A DNA stretch of 63,977 nucleotides, the filler included, from Octopus bimaculoides (lineage: Eukaryota), in NCBI RefSeq assembly GCF_001194135.2. It is 5 parts of 5 records of this genome, joined end to end, with 100 filler letters (N's around TTAATTAATTAA, not from the genome) between each part and the next. Parts side by side here need not be neighbours in the genome. Positions count along the whole stretch, not along the records: positions 1 to 25,115 come from NC_068982.1; positions 25,216 to 54,275 come from NC_068984.1; positions 54,376 to 60,619 come from NC_069006.1; positions 60,720 to 62,846 come from NW_026368569.1; 1 more part is not named here. One strand, written 5' to 3'. The notes under the pieces are model-generated. The model saw nothing but the letters and a program-made list of their open reading frames with translations. It was not told the DNA's origin and searched no databases. Below, one piece after another: positions 14,159-61,214 of the stretch (within the stretch, counting starts at the first letter, position 1; every line of letters starts with the position of its first letter). The translations under genes and the position numbers were made by a program.

Positions 14159-15973
14159 NNNNNNNNNNNNNNNNNNNNNNNNNNNNNNNNNNNNNNNNNN
14201 NNNNNNNNNNNNNNNNNNNNNNNNNNNNNNNNNNNNNNNNNNNNNNNNNNNNNNNNNNNNNNNNNNNNNNNNNNNNNNNNNNNNNNNNNNNNNNNNNNNN
14301 NNNNNNNNNNNNNNNNNNNNNNNNNNNNNNNNNNNNNNNNNNNNNNNNNNNNNNNNNNNNNNNNNNNNNNNNNNNNNNNNNNNNNNNNNNNNNNNNNNNN
14401 NNNNNNNNNNNNNNNNNNNNNNNNNNNNNNNNNNNNNNNNNNNNNNNNNNNNNNNNNNNNNNNNNNNNNNNNNNNNNNNNNNNNNNNNNNNNNNNNNNNN
14501 NNNNNNNNNNNNNNNNNNNNNNNNNNNNNNNNNNNNNNNNNNNNNNNNNNNNNNNNNNNNNNNNNNNNNNNNNNNNNNNNNNNNNNNNNNNNNNNNNNNN
14601 NNNNNNNNNNNNNNNNNNNNNNNNNNNNNNNNNNNNNNNNNNNNNNNNNNNNNNNNNNNNNNNNNNNNNNNNNNNNNNNNATATACACACACAGACACAT
14701 ATATATACATATATATACATACATACATATATATATATATGCATATATATATGCATGTGTTTATTGCTTTATGCGTATATATATATAAATATGTGTGTGT
14801 GTGTTCATATGTATGTAACTACTCTGTGTACTTTTAGATACTGCACCTGTAAAATGCGGAATGCGTATATTTCCAACTGTTTTCCTCCACTACCTATCTT
14901 TACGAACTACTATACCTCTCCTGTATCCATTTCCTGGACCAGTCTTAAAAATGACAATTTCTTAAAGCCTAGTTAATTCCTTAAAGTTTCCTGGTACGAA
15001 CTTTTTATATTCATTCCTTTTTTGACGACTCTCATACCGCCATTGTGTTTCTCTGTCTATATATCTGACCTATCTATCATGTATATATTTCTATTCGTTC
15101 TTTGCTTCTTCAGCATCTTCACTTATCTTCTACTTCATTCACCTGGTCTTTACTGATTTAAGTCATTAATATTTTACTATTGTTTTGGTCTCTGTCCTCT
15201 ACAATCTATGCTTTCATACATTGTGCAACCTTCTCCCCTCTCATGCTACTCGCTACATCGTACACAGGCGATTTTCTTTCCATCACGGCATTTTTTCTTC
15301 CTCATCCTTCCTCTAATTTATTCATTTTGTCATTCGATATTTTGTGTCCTGGTGGAAATAAAACCTCTCTATATTTTTTGACTCCCTCTGAAGAAGAAGC
15401 CAAACCTCCAAAATGATTGATTTCTTTTCTTCTCCGTAGCAAAAACCATATTCCACAGGTAGAACTACTTGTGTTGTTGTTTACGTTGACTACTTCCCCA
15501 ACAAAATAACCTCCAGTTGCATTCTGCATGACCCGTAGAAGAGTTTATAGTGGCCAAAGTTCGGTGCTACTTCCTACTGCACTTCTATACGTGTGGTTAA
15601 GTTAATGGGATTGATATGAAAGGAAAATGAAAGTTAAAATGAAAAAAGAAAATCTCTTCACCTGTTTCGNNNNNNNNNNCCCCACACACAAATGAATATT
15701 TGTGTGTATATGTATCGATAAATATATCTATTTGCATGTGTAGTAAGATCAACTACACTTGCTGCGGAGAATCTTTATATCTGGTTTATAAGAGTACTAT
15801 TGAGTTTACTGCTCAATAGTGTAGAGTTTGCTAAAACGCAGTAGTGCGGTTGTTGGTTTCTACTGATTTTTGCTGTTGTTTGAAGGGATTCTGCTTGATG
15901 TATTGTTCTCTCAAATACTTTTTGTTTCTCTATTTAAACTATTTCCATATTCCAAGATCAAGCAAACTGACAA

Positions 15974-15979
15974 TTTATT
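15974..15979 (-). promoter_or_regulatory. Candidate polyadenylation signal AATAAA for the kinase transcript
   Basis: tttatt on + strand about 330 nt past the putative stop. The background is AT-rich, so this is weak. Confidence 0.25.
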
Positions 15980-16310
15980 CCACATTTCGGATTCCACTTT
16001 TTCTATTGATTTCTGTTCTTATATATGCTTATAAAACTTCTATTTAAACCTATATCATATATCTTCAAAGATCAATGATCTGGTCTTATCCATGAATTAA
16101 CCAATTGGATTTTTCTTGAGACCCCAATATCTGATTAAATTGTTTGTTTACATCTGTTGCAGAAATAAAATAAATAGATAAATAGATAAATAAAAGATTC
16201 GCTATTTTTCGGATCAATAATATGGTTGTATTGAAGTTTAAAATTCTAAATTTTCTAAAGTCATAATACCTCGATTGTTATAATTTTGTGTGTGTATGCA
16301 TGAGGAGATG

Positions 16311-49606
<33,296 letters not shown>

Positions 49607-50384
49607 TTTATATAAAATATACTATGAAGCCAGTACTAAATTCTACAGTTTCTTAATTATCTTTTTACTCAGCATGGGGCTCACATGTAGACTTTTGTAT
49701 CATAGTCAAACACTTGGTAATGTTACTGTTCTCTTGGCACTGGTCTGATCTGGGGATTCTTGGGTTTGGGACCCCTGGAATGAAAAAAAAAAAATGAAAA
49801 AAAAATAGAAATGAAACTTTTTAAGATAGTGGTCTTGACAGTTGTTTTGTTATAATCTTTACCTTAAATGAGCAAAAAGTACACGTGGTTCCCCCTAACA
49901 GATGCAGCTATTACAAGGGAGATAACCATTTCATCATACAATGAAGTGGGATTATAAATTTGAAATTAAGGAATTATAAGGAAAAAGATGCATAAAATTT
50001 ACATACTTAATGATTTTGTTCACTTAATACAAAGTACTTAAAATTTCTAGATGTTGGTAATCATGTCTAGCGCTATTTCATTCCTTTTAGAAATCATCAA
50101 CATGGTATAACTTGTGACTTATTTATTAAACATTTTCTGAAGTGAGACATTTCATTAAAGATGGAAATAATTACAGTCTGGAGGAAATTCATGGAATGTG
50201 TTCTTTTTTCTTTTCTTCACAGAACATACAACTTCACAAGTCATTTTCTGATGTATTCTTTATGGTGTAGACATTTGTTTTAAGCTGTTATTTTTTCGTG
50301 GTATTTCTTTATGCATGTAGTGGAACAGATATTTATTTATAAAGATGCAAACCATGACCATTGGCAACAGTTTAAAAAATAGAT

Positions 50385-51392
50385 TTTCATGAAATCACAA
50401 TTAGAATCTTTTTCATGAAATCACAATTAGAATCTTTTTCATGAAATTACAATTAGAATCTTTTTCATGAAATCACAATTAGAATCTTTTTCATGAAATT
50501 ACAATTAGAATCTTTTTCATGAAATTACAATTAGAATCTTTTTCATGAAATCACAATTAGAATCTTTTTCATGAAATTACAATTAGAATCTTTTTCATGN
50601 NNNNNNNNNNNNNNNNNNNNNNNNNNNNNNNNNNNNNNNNNNNNNNNNNNNNNNNNNNNNNNNNNNNNNNNNNNNNNNNNNNNNNNNNNNNNNNNNNNNN
50701 NNNNNNNNNNNNNNNNNNNNNNNNNNNNNNNNNNNNNNNNNNNNNNNNNNNNNNNNNNNNNNNNNNNNNNNNNNNNNNNNNNNNNNNNNNNNNNNNNNNN
50801 NNNNNNNNNNNNNNNNNNNNNNNNNNNNNNNNNNNNNNNNNNNNNNNNNNNNNNNNNNNNNNNNNNNNNNNNNNNNNNNNNNNNNNNNNNNNNNNNNNNN
50901 NNNNNNNNNNNNNNNNNNNNNNNNNNNNNNNNNNNNNNNNNNNNNNNNNNNNNNNNNNNNNNNNNNNNNNNNNNNNNNNNNNNNNNNNNNNNNNNNNNNN
51001 NNNNNNNNNNNNNNNNNNNNNNNNNNNNNNNNNNNNNNNNNNNNNNNNNNNNNNNNNNNNNNNNNNNNNNNNNNNNNNNNNNNNNNNNNNNNNNNNNNNN
51101 NNNNNNNNNNNNNNNNNNNNNNNNNNNNNNNNNNNNNNNNNNNNNNNNNACGTAAAAGCACCCACTACACTCTCTGAGTGGTTGGCGTTAGGAAGGGCAT
51201 CCAGCTGTAGAAACTCTGCCAAATCAGACTGGAGCCTGGTGTTGCCATCCGGTTTCACCAGTCCTCAGTCAAATCGTCCAACCCATGCTAGCATGGAAAG
51301 CGGACGTTAAACGATGATGATGATGACAATTAGAATCTTTTTCATGAAATCACAATTAGAATCTTTTTCATGAAATTACAATTAGAATCTTT
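50385..51392. repeat. 26-bp minisatellite GAAAT(C/T)ACAATTAGAATCTTTTTCAT
   Basis: 8 full units at 50391-50598, then N gap and RTE tail, then about 2.5 units at 51325-51392. Confidence 0.95.
51150..51325 (+). mobile_element. Young RTE 3' tail inside the 26-bp minisatellite
   Basis: Shared RTE tail ending in (GAT)n, immediately followed by the resumed minisatellite. Confidence 0.88.
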
Positions 51393-52329
51393 CAATCAGA
51401 GATGGTTACTCTAAAAGTCGCAGCTATTACTAGAAAGATAATCATTTTATCATATGAAACAAGATCATAAATTTGAAATTGAAATTGAGGAATTATAAGG
51501 AAAAAGATGCATAGCATTCACATATTTACTTTTGCTAAGTCTTTGCTTGTAAATCAAATAATAAGAGAGGACATATGGAAAGACCTCTTCATAGAAGAAA
51601 AAAACAAAACAAAACAAAACCTCAAACCAAAGCAGTCTCTTGCAAGTGAGTATTGCTTGGTAAGCAGACATAGACTTCCTCTCAACCCTCTCACTCTTGA
51701 GCCTGTAAAATATCCAGGCTGACAGTTGGAGAAAGGGCTGTGTTAGCATCTGGCTAGAAGTCATTATAGGTGAATAGATTCGAACAATGTGAAATGAAAT
51801 GCCTTGCTTAAAAGCCCAATGTACTTCCTGGTGCACAATTTGAACCCAATGATCTTACAATTATGAAACAACTACCCTTACCTCTAGGCCACATACCTGA
51901 AAGAAGACATGTAAACTTACCTCTATAACCTTACAATTTCAAACATGTATATATGTATGTGGGTTTGTGTCTCCTAGTTTTGATGAATGTGATAGATGTA
52001 AATGAGCCTGTCCCATAAGCAATGTTAATTTCAACCAGTTTGTGGAAACATGTGAGGATTGGTGACAGGAAGGGCATCTGATCTTAGAAAATATGCCTCA
52101 ATGAATTCCATGCATTGTAAAGTGGATGTTAAAACAAATATTTCTAGGAGTGGCACAAGGCTACAAATTTGGAGGAAGAGTCAAGTCAAATCAACCGACC
52201 CCACTATTTGACTGATGTTTATTTAACGAAACCTTAACAAGGATGAAAAACAGTGGGATTTGAACTTAGAATGTAACTAAATACTCAGAGGTATGTTACC
52301 AGCTACCGTAATGACTCCACCAAGCCAAT

Positions 52330-52780
52330 GCTCTGCATCCTGCAAGATGATGTCAAGTCTTTGGAGATCTTCCTTAATCAAGGGCTACAATGGGGCCTTC
52401 TCCAACCTGCAGCTGTTGTATTGAATGAGAGTAAGGCCATGGGAGGATCATATGGCAGGAGGCAGAGGACATGTCCACATCATGCAACAAATCGCTATGA
52501 GGCAGAAGGCTGTGAGCTGATGCATGTTGGAAATGTGATAGTACCATCTAATGCTCTTGATGGTTCACAGAGCTTTGCTATTGAAGCCATTGATCCGCTT
52601 TACAAAAGTTTTCATGATGGGCCACATTTCTGCTCCAGAGAGAAGAGAGGAGCAGCCCAATGTGCTGTAGATGCAGAGCTTCATCTTCTGGGAGACAGAG
52701 CAGTGGCACCAAAGGGGCTTCCACAGAGAGTACATGACCCCAGCACCCAGACCACATAGCATCTTTAAAAATTCCATGAT
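52330..52780 (-). mobile_element. Old RTE/BovB-like LINE fragment (different family)
   Basis: LWKPLW...KMKLCIYSTLGCSSLLSGAEMW...RINGFNSKAL, with stops. Confidence 0.75.
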
Positions 52781-53619
52781 TCCTGAAATTCACCAACACT
52801 ACTCCTGATGTGCCTATGCTCTCATGACTTTCATAATGCTCACTTTTCTACTTTCTGCTAGTTCCTTTCTTTACTTGACTTTCTGTCTGCTTTCTGCCCC
52901 TCTTATAAATATAATGTTTTCTTGTGAGTACCTGAGCACTGTATACAATAAGGTGCTAGAATCATTAGCATGCAGGACGAAATGCCTTGCAACATTTCTT
53001 CTGGTTTTACTTTCTGAGTTTGAATTCTCCCAAGGTCGATTCTGTCTTTCATAATTTCAAAGTTGATAAAGTAAGTACCAGCTAAGCATTAGGGGTCAAG
53101 TTTTCATGATGCGCCACATTTCTGAAGGGGTTAATCAGCTACTCCCTTCACCCAGAATTTCAGGCCTTGTGTCTAGGTAGAAAGGATTATTATTATTGAT
53201 TTAGAGAGCAGAGCATGCTATCAAAGTGATGCTGAAGTACAAATATACAAATCCCAATGTACCCATTGTGACTACGCATCTGATAAGGGTACACCAGGCA
53301 CATGCATTACAACCATATGTACACGAAATAGTAACCTCATATCAAGACGAACAGTGCATGAGCTTGCAGGTGGGGCCCAGTTAGAATTTTCTTCAGCTCA
53401 AGTAGCCCATCCCACTCAAAAGGTCCTTGAATAAGGGTTAAGAGTGATGAATGAAACACCTATGTTCCTAGGGTGAATAATTCAAACATCAAAGAATCCC
53501 TCTCAACACATGGCTATGTTGCTCTACCACCAGAGATGCACATATTATCAGCCAATAAGGGACATGCACAAATGGTTAAGGTCAGGAAACTGACAGGCAA
53601 ATCTGCAATATTTTACAGA

Positions 53620-53825
53620 GTGGCAGGCTGGCAGAATTGTTAACATGGCGGGTGAAATGCTTAGCAATGTTTTGTCTGCAGTGACATTCTGAGTTCAAAT
53701 TTGCTTTTCATCCTTTCAGGGTCAATTAAATAAGTACCAGTTACGCACTGGGGTCGATATAATCGACTTAATCCCTTTGTCTGTCCCCCCTATGTTTAGC
53801 CCCCTGTGGGCAATAAAAAAATATT
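53620..53825 (+). mobile_element. SINE family C; other copies at about 21725-21908(-), 33985-34140(-), 52950-53150(+), 52150-52330(-)
   Basis: CTGGCAGAAT.GTTA.CA.G.CGGG.GAAATGCTTAGC...TTCTGAGTTCAAAT...AAGTACCAGTT...CTGGGGTCGAT. Confidence 0.82.
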
Positions 53826-54516
53826 TTACATGTACATGTTAACACTTCCAATCAGTTAAGATCACAAGCCATGGGAGCTACTGCCTGGTCCTGCATCAGA
53901 GCATTTATGATTATTTTATTTTAGTCGTTACTTAGCCCAGATCAACCTTCATCCTATAGACTTAAAATTCTCTCCATTTTCTTAAAATTGTAGGGTGTGA
54001 CTCAAAGAAGATTTGGCAGCTATTTCTAGCAAGTTGGGCTACCAGCAGGTCGAACATAGCCAAGCATGTATATAGCTGATTATTATGTTGTTGACTCTCA
54101 TTGAATTGTCTATCTATGTGTTTCAGTCGTTAGACTCAGGCCATACTGGCGCACCACCTTGAAGAATTTTAGTCAGTCGAATCACCCCCCACCCACCAGT
54201 ACTTACTCTATCGGTCTCTTTTGCGGAACCGCTAAACTACGGGACATAGCCGCCCCCCATATATATATATATATANNNNNNNNNNNNNNNNNNNNNNNNN
54301 NNNNNNNNNNNNNNNNNNNTTAATTAATTAANNNNNNNNNNNNNNNNNNNNNNNNNNNNNNNNNNNNNNNNNNNNTTAAGAAACCATAAGAAAATTATGT
54401 GTTTGTTTTAAAATTTGAGATCACATAGACAGTATTTTACGTAGGATATGGGCAGTTCCCATGAGCACTATCTTTTGAACTTCAGCCATTTTGGGGTTTC
54501 CTGGTATATGAGCTAG

Positions 54517-54579
<63 letters not shown>

Positions 54580-54580
<1 letters not shown>

Positions 54581-55060
54581 ATCTTGAAGAAAAACCCTCG
54601 CTGTCAACAGCCATCAGACTAAGGTAGCGCTTGTTTACTGATCATGTTTCCGAAACCCTGCGGAGAACTCTTGCAGTTCCAAGCGAAAATGGTTTTTGCA
54701 GTTGTTCTATCTTTACCTTGGTTTCAATCATGTTGAGCCATGCTTCTAGTCGGGTACTGATTCTTGCAAATGCTCCAATTACTATTGGCATCATGTCCAC
54801 TTTCATCATTACCCACAAACTGCGTAATTCATCACAGCTGTCCACTATTATCTTACTTCTTGCCCTGTAATGTTGCTGTCAACAGGATATGTTACGTCGA
54901 TCGTCAGGCAGTTTCTTTTCTGTTCACGACAACAGTGTCAGGCTTACGATGTCTAATCCGATGGTCACGCAATTATCCAATGCTATTCTCCCCTGACATA
55001 TTTGGTTCTTTCCAAAAACTACGCAGCGGCTTTCTCATTTGCTCCATATGTTAGCAGCCA
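54580..55060 (-). mobile_element. RLE-type LINE 3' fragment abutting a (TAA)n tract
   Basis: ELRSLWVMMKVDMMPIVIGAF and LQKPFSLGTARVLRRV. The 3' end runs into the (ATT)n tract at 54518-54579. Confidence 0.85.
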
Positions 55061-55310
55061 TGTACGGTGGGTGTTTTACTCAAATACATGCTTTTTTTTT
55101 TACTCAGGAGATAAGGTAAGATGTAATCCATGAATATTGATTTATATTCTATGGAGGAGATACGGCAACAATAGTAATGGGGAAAAATGATAAAGGATAT
55201 TTGATAATTGATAAGATCATTCTACGATTTAATTACAAAACACACAAGAAAAATAAATACTTATTCCTTCAGATTCCTGTAGATTTAACGATAATATACC
55301 TATCTATCTT

Positions 55311-55419
<109 letters not shown>

Positions 55420-56597
55420 NNNNNNNNNNNNNNNNNNNNNNNNNNNNNNNNNNNNNNNNNNNNNNNNNNNNNNNNNNNNNNNNNNNNNNNNNNNNNNNNN
55501 NNNNNNNNNNNNNNNNNNNNNNNNNNNNNNNNNNNNNNNNNNNNNNNNNNNNNNNNNNNNNNNNNNNNNNNNNNNNNNNNNNNNNNNNNNNNNNNNNNNN
55601 NNNNNNNNNNNNNNNNNNNNNNNNNNNNNNNNNNNNNNNNNNNNNNNNNNNNNNNNNNNNNNNNNNNNNNNNNNNNNNNNNNNNNNNNNNNNNNNNNNNN
55701 NNNNNNNNNNNNNNNNNNNNNNNNNNNNNNNNNNNNNNNNNNNNNNNNNNNNNNNNNNNNNNNNNNNNNNNNNNNNNNNNNNNNNNNNNNNNNNNNNNNN
55801 NNNNNNNNNNNNNNNNNNNNNNNNNNNNNNNNNNNNNNNNNNNNNNNNNNNNNNNNNNNNNNNNNNNNNNNNNNNNNNNNNNNNNNNNNNNNNNNNNNNN
55901 NNNNNNNNNNNNNNNNNNNNNNNNNNNNNNNNNNNNNNNNNNNNNNNNNNNNNNNNNNNNNNNNNNNNNNNNNNNNNNNNNNNNNNNNNNNNNNNNNNNN
56001 NNNNNNNNNNNNNNNNNNNNNNNNNNNNNNNNNNNNNNNNNNNNNNNNNNNNNTATATATATATATATATATATATATCAGTCTCTCTTGATTCATCAGA
56101 AACGAGAAAATGCAGGTCCCATTACAAATATAGTGTATTCTTTAACAGATTATAACTAAGTATTGGAAATCGGAGACTTTCCGTTATAATCTATACGGGG
56201 GAAGGTAAAAGTAGGCATACCGTTTCGTAATATAAACATAGAACCATGCAGTTCTTATCCTTAAGAAAACGAAAGGAAATTAGGAAACAGTCTGCTAATA
56301 CAAAACTACTTTATTTCCTACGTTAGCCCAGCTCTGTGACTATGTGTTTATATAAATATACATATGTGTATATTTATGTTCGTTTTAATGTCATGAGATA
56401 TATTAAGGCAATTGAACATTAAACTAACGTATTATTCAAAGCGTTTTTGTACAGTATAGGTTTATTAAAATTTCACAAAGAACGGAGTTGATTGTGAATT
56501 CGAAGTTCTTGGTTACTCGCCTTCGCCAGACTATATACATACAGATAAATAGATAAATAGATAGATAGATATAAACATGCCTTTATCTATGAATGTG

Positions 56598-56645
<48 letters not shown>

Positions 56646-56789
56646 NNNNNNNNNNNNNNNNNNNNNNNNNNNNNNNNNNNNNNNNNNNNNNNNNNNNNNN
56701 NNNNNNNNNNNNNNNNNNNNNNNNNNNNNNNNNNNNNNNNNNNNNNNNNNNNNNNNNNNNNNNNNNNNNNNNNNNNNNNNNNNNNNNNN

Positions 56790-56841
<52 letters not shown>

Positions 56842-56998
56842 GGTACTAGTTTAGTAATAAACATCAAATAACCTATTTCCTATGTGCACATACAGACGCA
56901 TATACTAGTTATACGCACACAATATATATACGTATAGGTGTGTCTATGTATGTATGTATGTATAAGTATATATACATATATGTATGCATACATATATA

Positions 56999-57035
<37 letters not shown>

Positions 57036-57881
57036 NNNNNNNNNNNNNNNNNNNNNNNNNNNNNNNNNNNNNNNNNNNNNNNNNNNNNNNNNNNNNNNNN
57101 NNNNNNNNNNNNNNNNNNNNNNNNNNNNNNNNNNNNNNNNNNNNNNNNNNNNNNNNNNNNNNNNNNNNNNNNNNNNNNNNNNNNNNNNNNNNNNNNNNNN
57201 NNNNNNNNNNNNNNNNNNNNNNNNNNNNNNNNNNNNNNNNNNNNNNNNNNNNNNNNNNNNNNNNNNNNNNNNNNNNNNNNNNNNNNNNNNNNNNNNNNNN
57301 NNNNNNNNNNNNNNNNNNNNNNNNNNNNNNNNNNNNNNNNNNNNNNNNNNNNNNNNNNNNNNNNNNNNNNNNNNNNNNNNNNNNNNNNNNNNNNNNNNNN
57401 NNNNNNNNNNNNNNNNNNNNNNNNNNNNNNNNNNNNNNNNNNNNNNNNNNNNNNNNNNNNNNNNNNNNNNNNNNNNNNNNNNNNNNNNNNNNNNNNNNNN
57501 NNNNNNNNNNNNNNNNNNNNNNNNNNNNNNNNNNNNNNNNNNNNNNNNNNNNNNNNNNNNNNNNNNNNNNNNNNNNNNNNNNNNNNNNNNNNNNNNNNNN
57601 NNNNNNNNNNNNNNNNNNNNNNNNNNNNNNNNNNNNNNNNNNNNNNNNNNNNNNNNNNNNNNNNNNNNNNNNNNNNNNNNNNNNNNNNNNNNNNNNNNNN
57701 NNNNNNNNNNNNNNNNNNNNNNNNNNNNNNNNNNNNNNNNNNNNNNNNNNNNNNNNNNNNNNNNNNNNNNNNNNNNNNNNNNNNNNNNNNNNNNNNNNNN
57801 NNNNNNNNNNNNNNNNNNNNNNNNNNNNNNNNNNNNNNNNNNNNNNNNNNNNNNNNNNNNNNNNNNNNNNNNNNNNNNNNN

Positions 57882-57958
<77 letters not shown>

Positions 57959-58619
57959 ATTGGCCAATTTAACATTCATGGGTGGAGTTCGCTGAATTTT
58001 ACCAAAATATGTAAACAAAGATCGTTATCGCATTTTTTACAGACATTCGTACACAAATATATATATACACACACTCGTGCATATTCATTGCATACACATT
58101 CATAAACATATACATAATAGTATGTGTGTGTGTGGATATATGTATATACGCACTAAGATAAATGTAGTTAATCCTATATTCATGCAAACACGTGTGTTAC
58201 TATACATCGTGCGTGTGCTTGTGTGTATTTTTATATGCCTATCTTTTTACAAAAATGTATGTATATACAAATTGTATCTTTAAATATGTATGTATATGTG
58301 TAGACATGTATATATAGCGTATATATATATATAAATACATACACACATAGATGCTAACATATATAGACACAGACGCACATGCGTACACACACACATATAT
58401 ATATGTATGTATATACACATGCACATGTTTCTTAAGAGCACAGTCCGTATACCTGAGATGACTACAGTACACTCCGAAGTATGCATTGACATCGGGTAGA
58501 TCATGCTCCTGCATTCATTTCTTCGGACGATATATAGCAGCCCTTACATGCATATTCAAAACGTTTCTCGCAAACGAACTTAACGTATATATATATGCAC
58601 AGATACACATATGTTTATG

Positions 58620-59200
58620 CAATGATTTGGGCTATCGCCAACATCAAATGGTCGTTCGTCCGGAAAAGGCTAATAGAATTAGATTACTTAAGATTTAGCA
58701 AGCTCGTACCAACTGAAAACAAAGCAAGTTTGTTTTAGCATCGTAGCAGATGCACTTAGTAAAGTCATCGCTGCCGGCGAGGCTGCGGTGAGATTGGATC
58801 TTGAGCAATTCTTTTAACTGGAAGCAGTAAGGTTACGTTTACGTTGACATACCTAAGGCATTTGCTCTAAGATATGTAAGGACAAAAGCTGCTCGATTGA
58901 CCTGAGTGTCGGAAGCGCAACGAGGTAACACAGCTGTTCCTTGACTCCAAGATGTGTATCGCTTTTTAGTAGCACTTCACTCGACTGTTCAGGACGAATC
59001 GTGGGCCGAAACACTGGATGGGTAACATCCATAGAAATACGTCAGTAGTGGTTGTCTGCCCAGATTTCAAATCGCCTGATTTGGTTGCCCTATCCTAGGA
59101 GCGATTTATTTTGCGATGTCATAGCAGATATCTACCTCAACTCAGTTCTTTGAGTCACGAAGTAGTGGCACTACAAATAAAGGACCCAAACAAAAAAGAT
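58620..59200 (+). mobile_element. Very degenerate LINE RT fragment (CR1/L2-like)
   Basis: VYVDIPKAFA at about 58840-58870 resembles RT motif DxxKAFD; the rest is barely recognisable. Confidence 0.35.
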
Positions 59201-59619
59201 TACATTGGTAATTTTCGGCGCTAAGTTCTGTAAAGCAGCTTTAAAAATGTTTTGCCTAGTTGTAAGTAAAAAGGTTGTTTGCAATAATGATCTCCTATGT
59301 GAGGACTGGGTATGTATACTGTGGCTGATGATGCATAGACATGCGCTGAGGCTGCGACATTTCCAGGATCCCAGGAAGTATTATAGGGTTTTATCGAGTT
59401 CTATAGCGGTTTAGTAGCAAGCTAGAGCGACGATGTGTTTGGGTTGACTCTGGGTTTCGATGAGAATCAACAAGCAGGTTGGAATCGAGCTGATAGAATC
59501 TTTGGCACGGCATAATAAATACTTTGCAGCATTTTGACCATCTTTATGCTCTGAGTTCAAATTCCACGAGGTCGAATTTGTCTTTCATATTATTATTACT
59601 ATTCTTCTTCTTCTTCTTC

Positions 59620-59666
<47 letters not shown>

Positions 59667-60054
59667 GAGGCGGCGAGTTGGCNNNNNNNNNNNNNNNNNN
59701 NNNNNNNNNNNNNNNNNNNNNNNNNNNNNNNNNNNNNNNNNNNNNNNNNNNNNNNNNNNNNNNNNNNNNNNNNNNNNNNNNNNNNNNNNNNNNNNNNNNN
59801 NNNNNNNNNNNNNNNNNNNNNNNNNNNNNNNNNNNNNNNNNNNNNNNNNNNNNNNNNNNNNNNNNNNNNNNNNNNNNNNNNNNNNNNNNNNNNNNNNNNN
59901 TTGATGATGATAATGATGGTGGTGGTGGTGGTGGTGGTGGTGGTTTTGGTGGTGGTGGTGGTGTTGGTGGTGGTGGAGATGGTGACGGTGATGATAATGA
60001 TGAGTAATTACAATGGTGTTAGGAAATCAGTCACGAATAAATAACAAGTAACAA

Positions 60055-60340
<286 letters not shown>

Positions 60341-60582
60341 ATTTAAACTTCTTGACCAATCAGCATCGCTACAATGTCGACTTACGTAAGCAGTGAAACG
60401 AGTAGGAGGAGTTCAAATATTCGCGTTGGTATGTTATGTTGGTATGTAGAAATATGTGTGTATATATAAATGTGAGTGTATATATAAATGTGAGTGTATA
60501 TGAGCGGGTGTGAGTACGTGTAAGTATATGTATACATATATACGTATGTATGTATATACATATATATATATATGTATACATA

Positions 60583-60619
<37 letters not shown>

Positions 60620-61214
60620 NNNNNNNNNNNNNNNNNNNNNNNNNNNNNNNNNNNNNNNNNNNNTTAATTAATTAANNNNNNNNNNNNNNNNNNNNNNNNN
60701 NNNNNNNNNNNNNNNNNNNCGCAGTCAAATGACTGAAACAAGTAAAAGAGAGTAAAAGAGAGTATATATGCAATAATTCAAAAGCGGAAAAAAATGTTTT
60801 TAACACATTGTGAGATGTGATTTTATAATTAAAGCTAAATTCAAAATTTACATTTTAGAACATTTCTTACTTGTTCGTTCGTAAAGACCAGTTTTCGCTG
60901 CCTCAGAGAAAGAATGAAGTTTACAAGTGCCAATGTCTGCATGTTCGTGTGTATGTGTGTGTGTGTGCGCGCGCCTTTAATTCCAGTGTCATTGCTCAGT
61001 CGTGCATTGAAAAGAAAAATTTGAACTTATTTCTGTTAAACTAATTTCATACTTACACACTTCCATCATACTTACACACAAGGACATACACACACACATA
61101 CACATACATGCACACAAACACATGCACACACACACAAACACACACACATACATCCACTGTCACACATACATACATACATACATACATACATACATACATA
61201 CATACATACATACA

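Noticed and set aside
14830-15560. Protein-like minus-strand ORF fragments downstream of the kinase stop
   Set aside because: Interrupted by stops in every frame with no recognisable motif; probably an ancient LINE relic, but not supportable as a feature.
50391-50598. CRISPR-like regular repeat
   Set aside because: Units are head-to-tail with no spacers, the context is eukaryotic, and there are no cas genes.
51921-51960. Perfect minus-strand donor GAG|GTAAGT as a 5' UTR exon end
   Set aside because: No supporting acceptor or promoter; it sits beside a SINE remnant and cannot be told from chance without transcripts.
56172-56182. NF-kB-like site GGAGACTTTCC upstream of the kinase
   Set aside because: Single imperfect site 6.6 kb away and across an artificial scaffold join; expected by chance.
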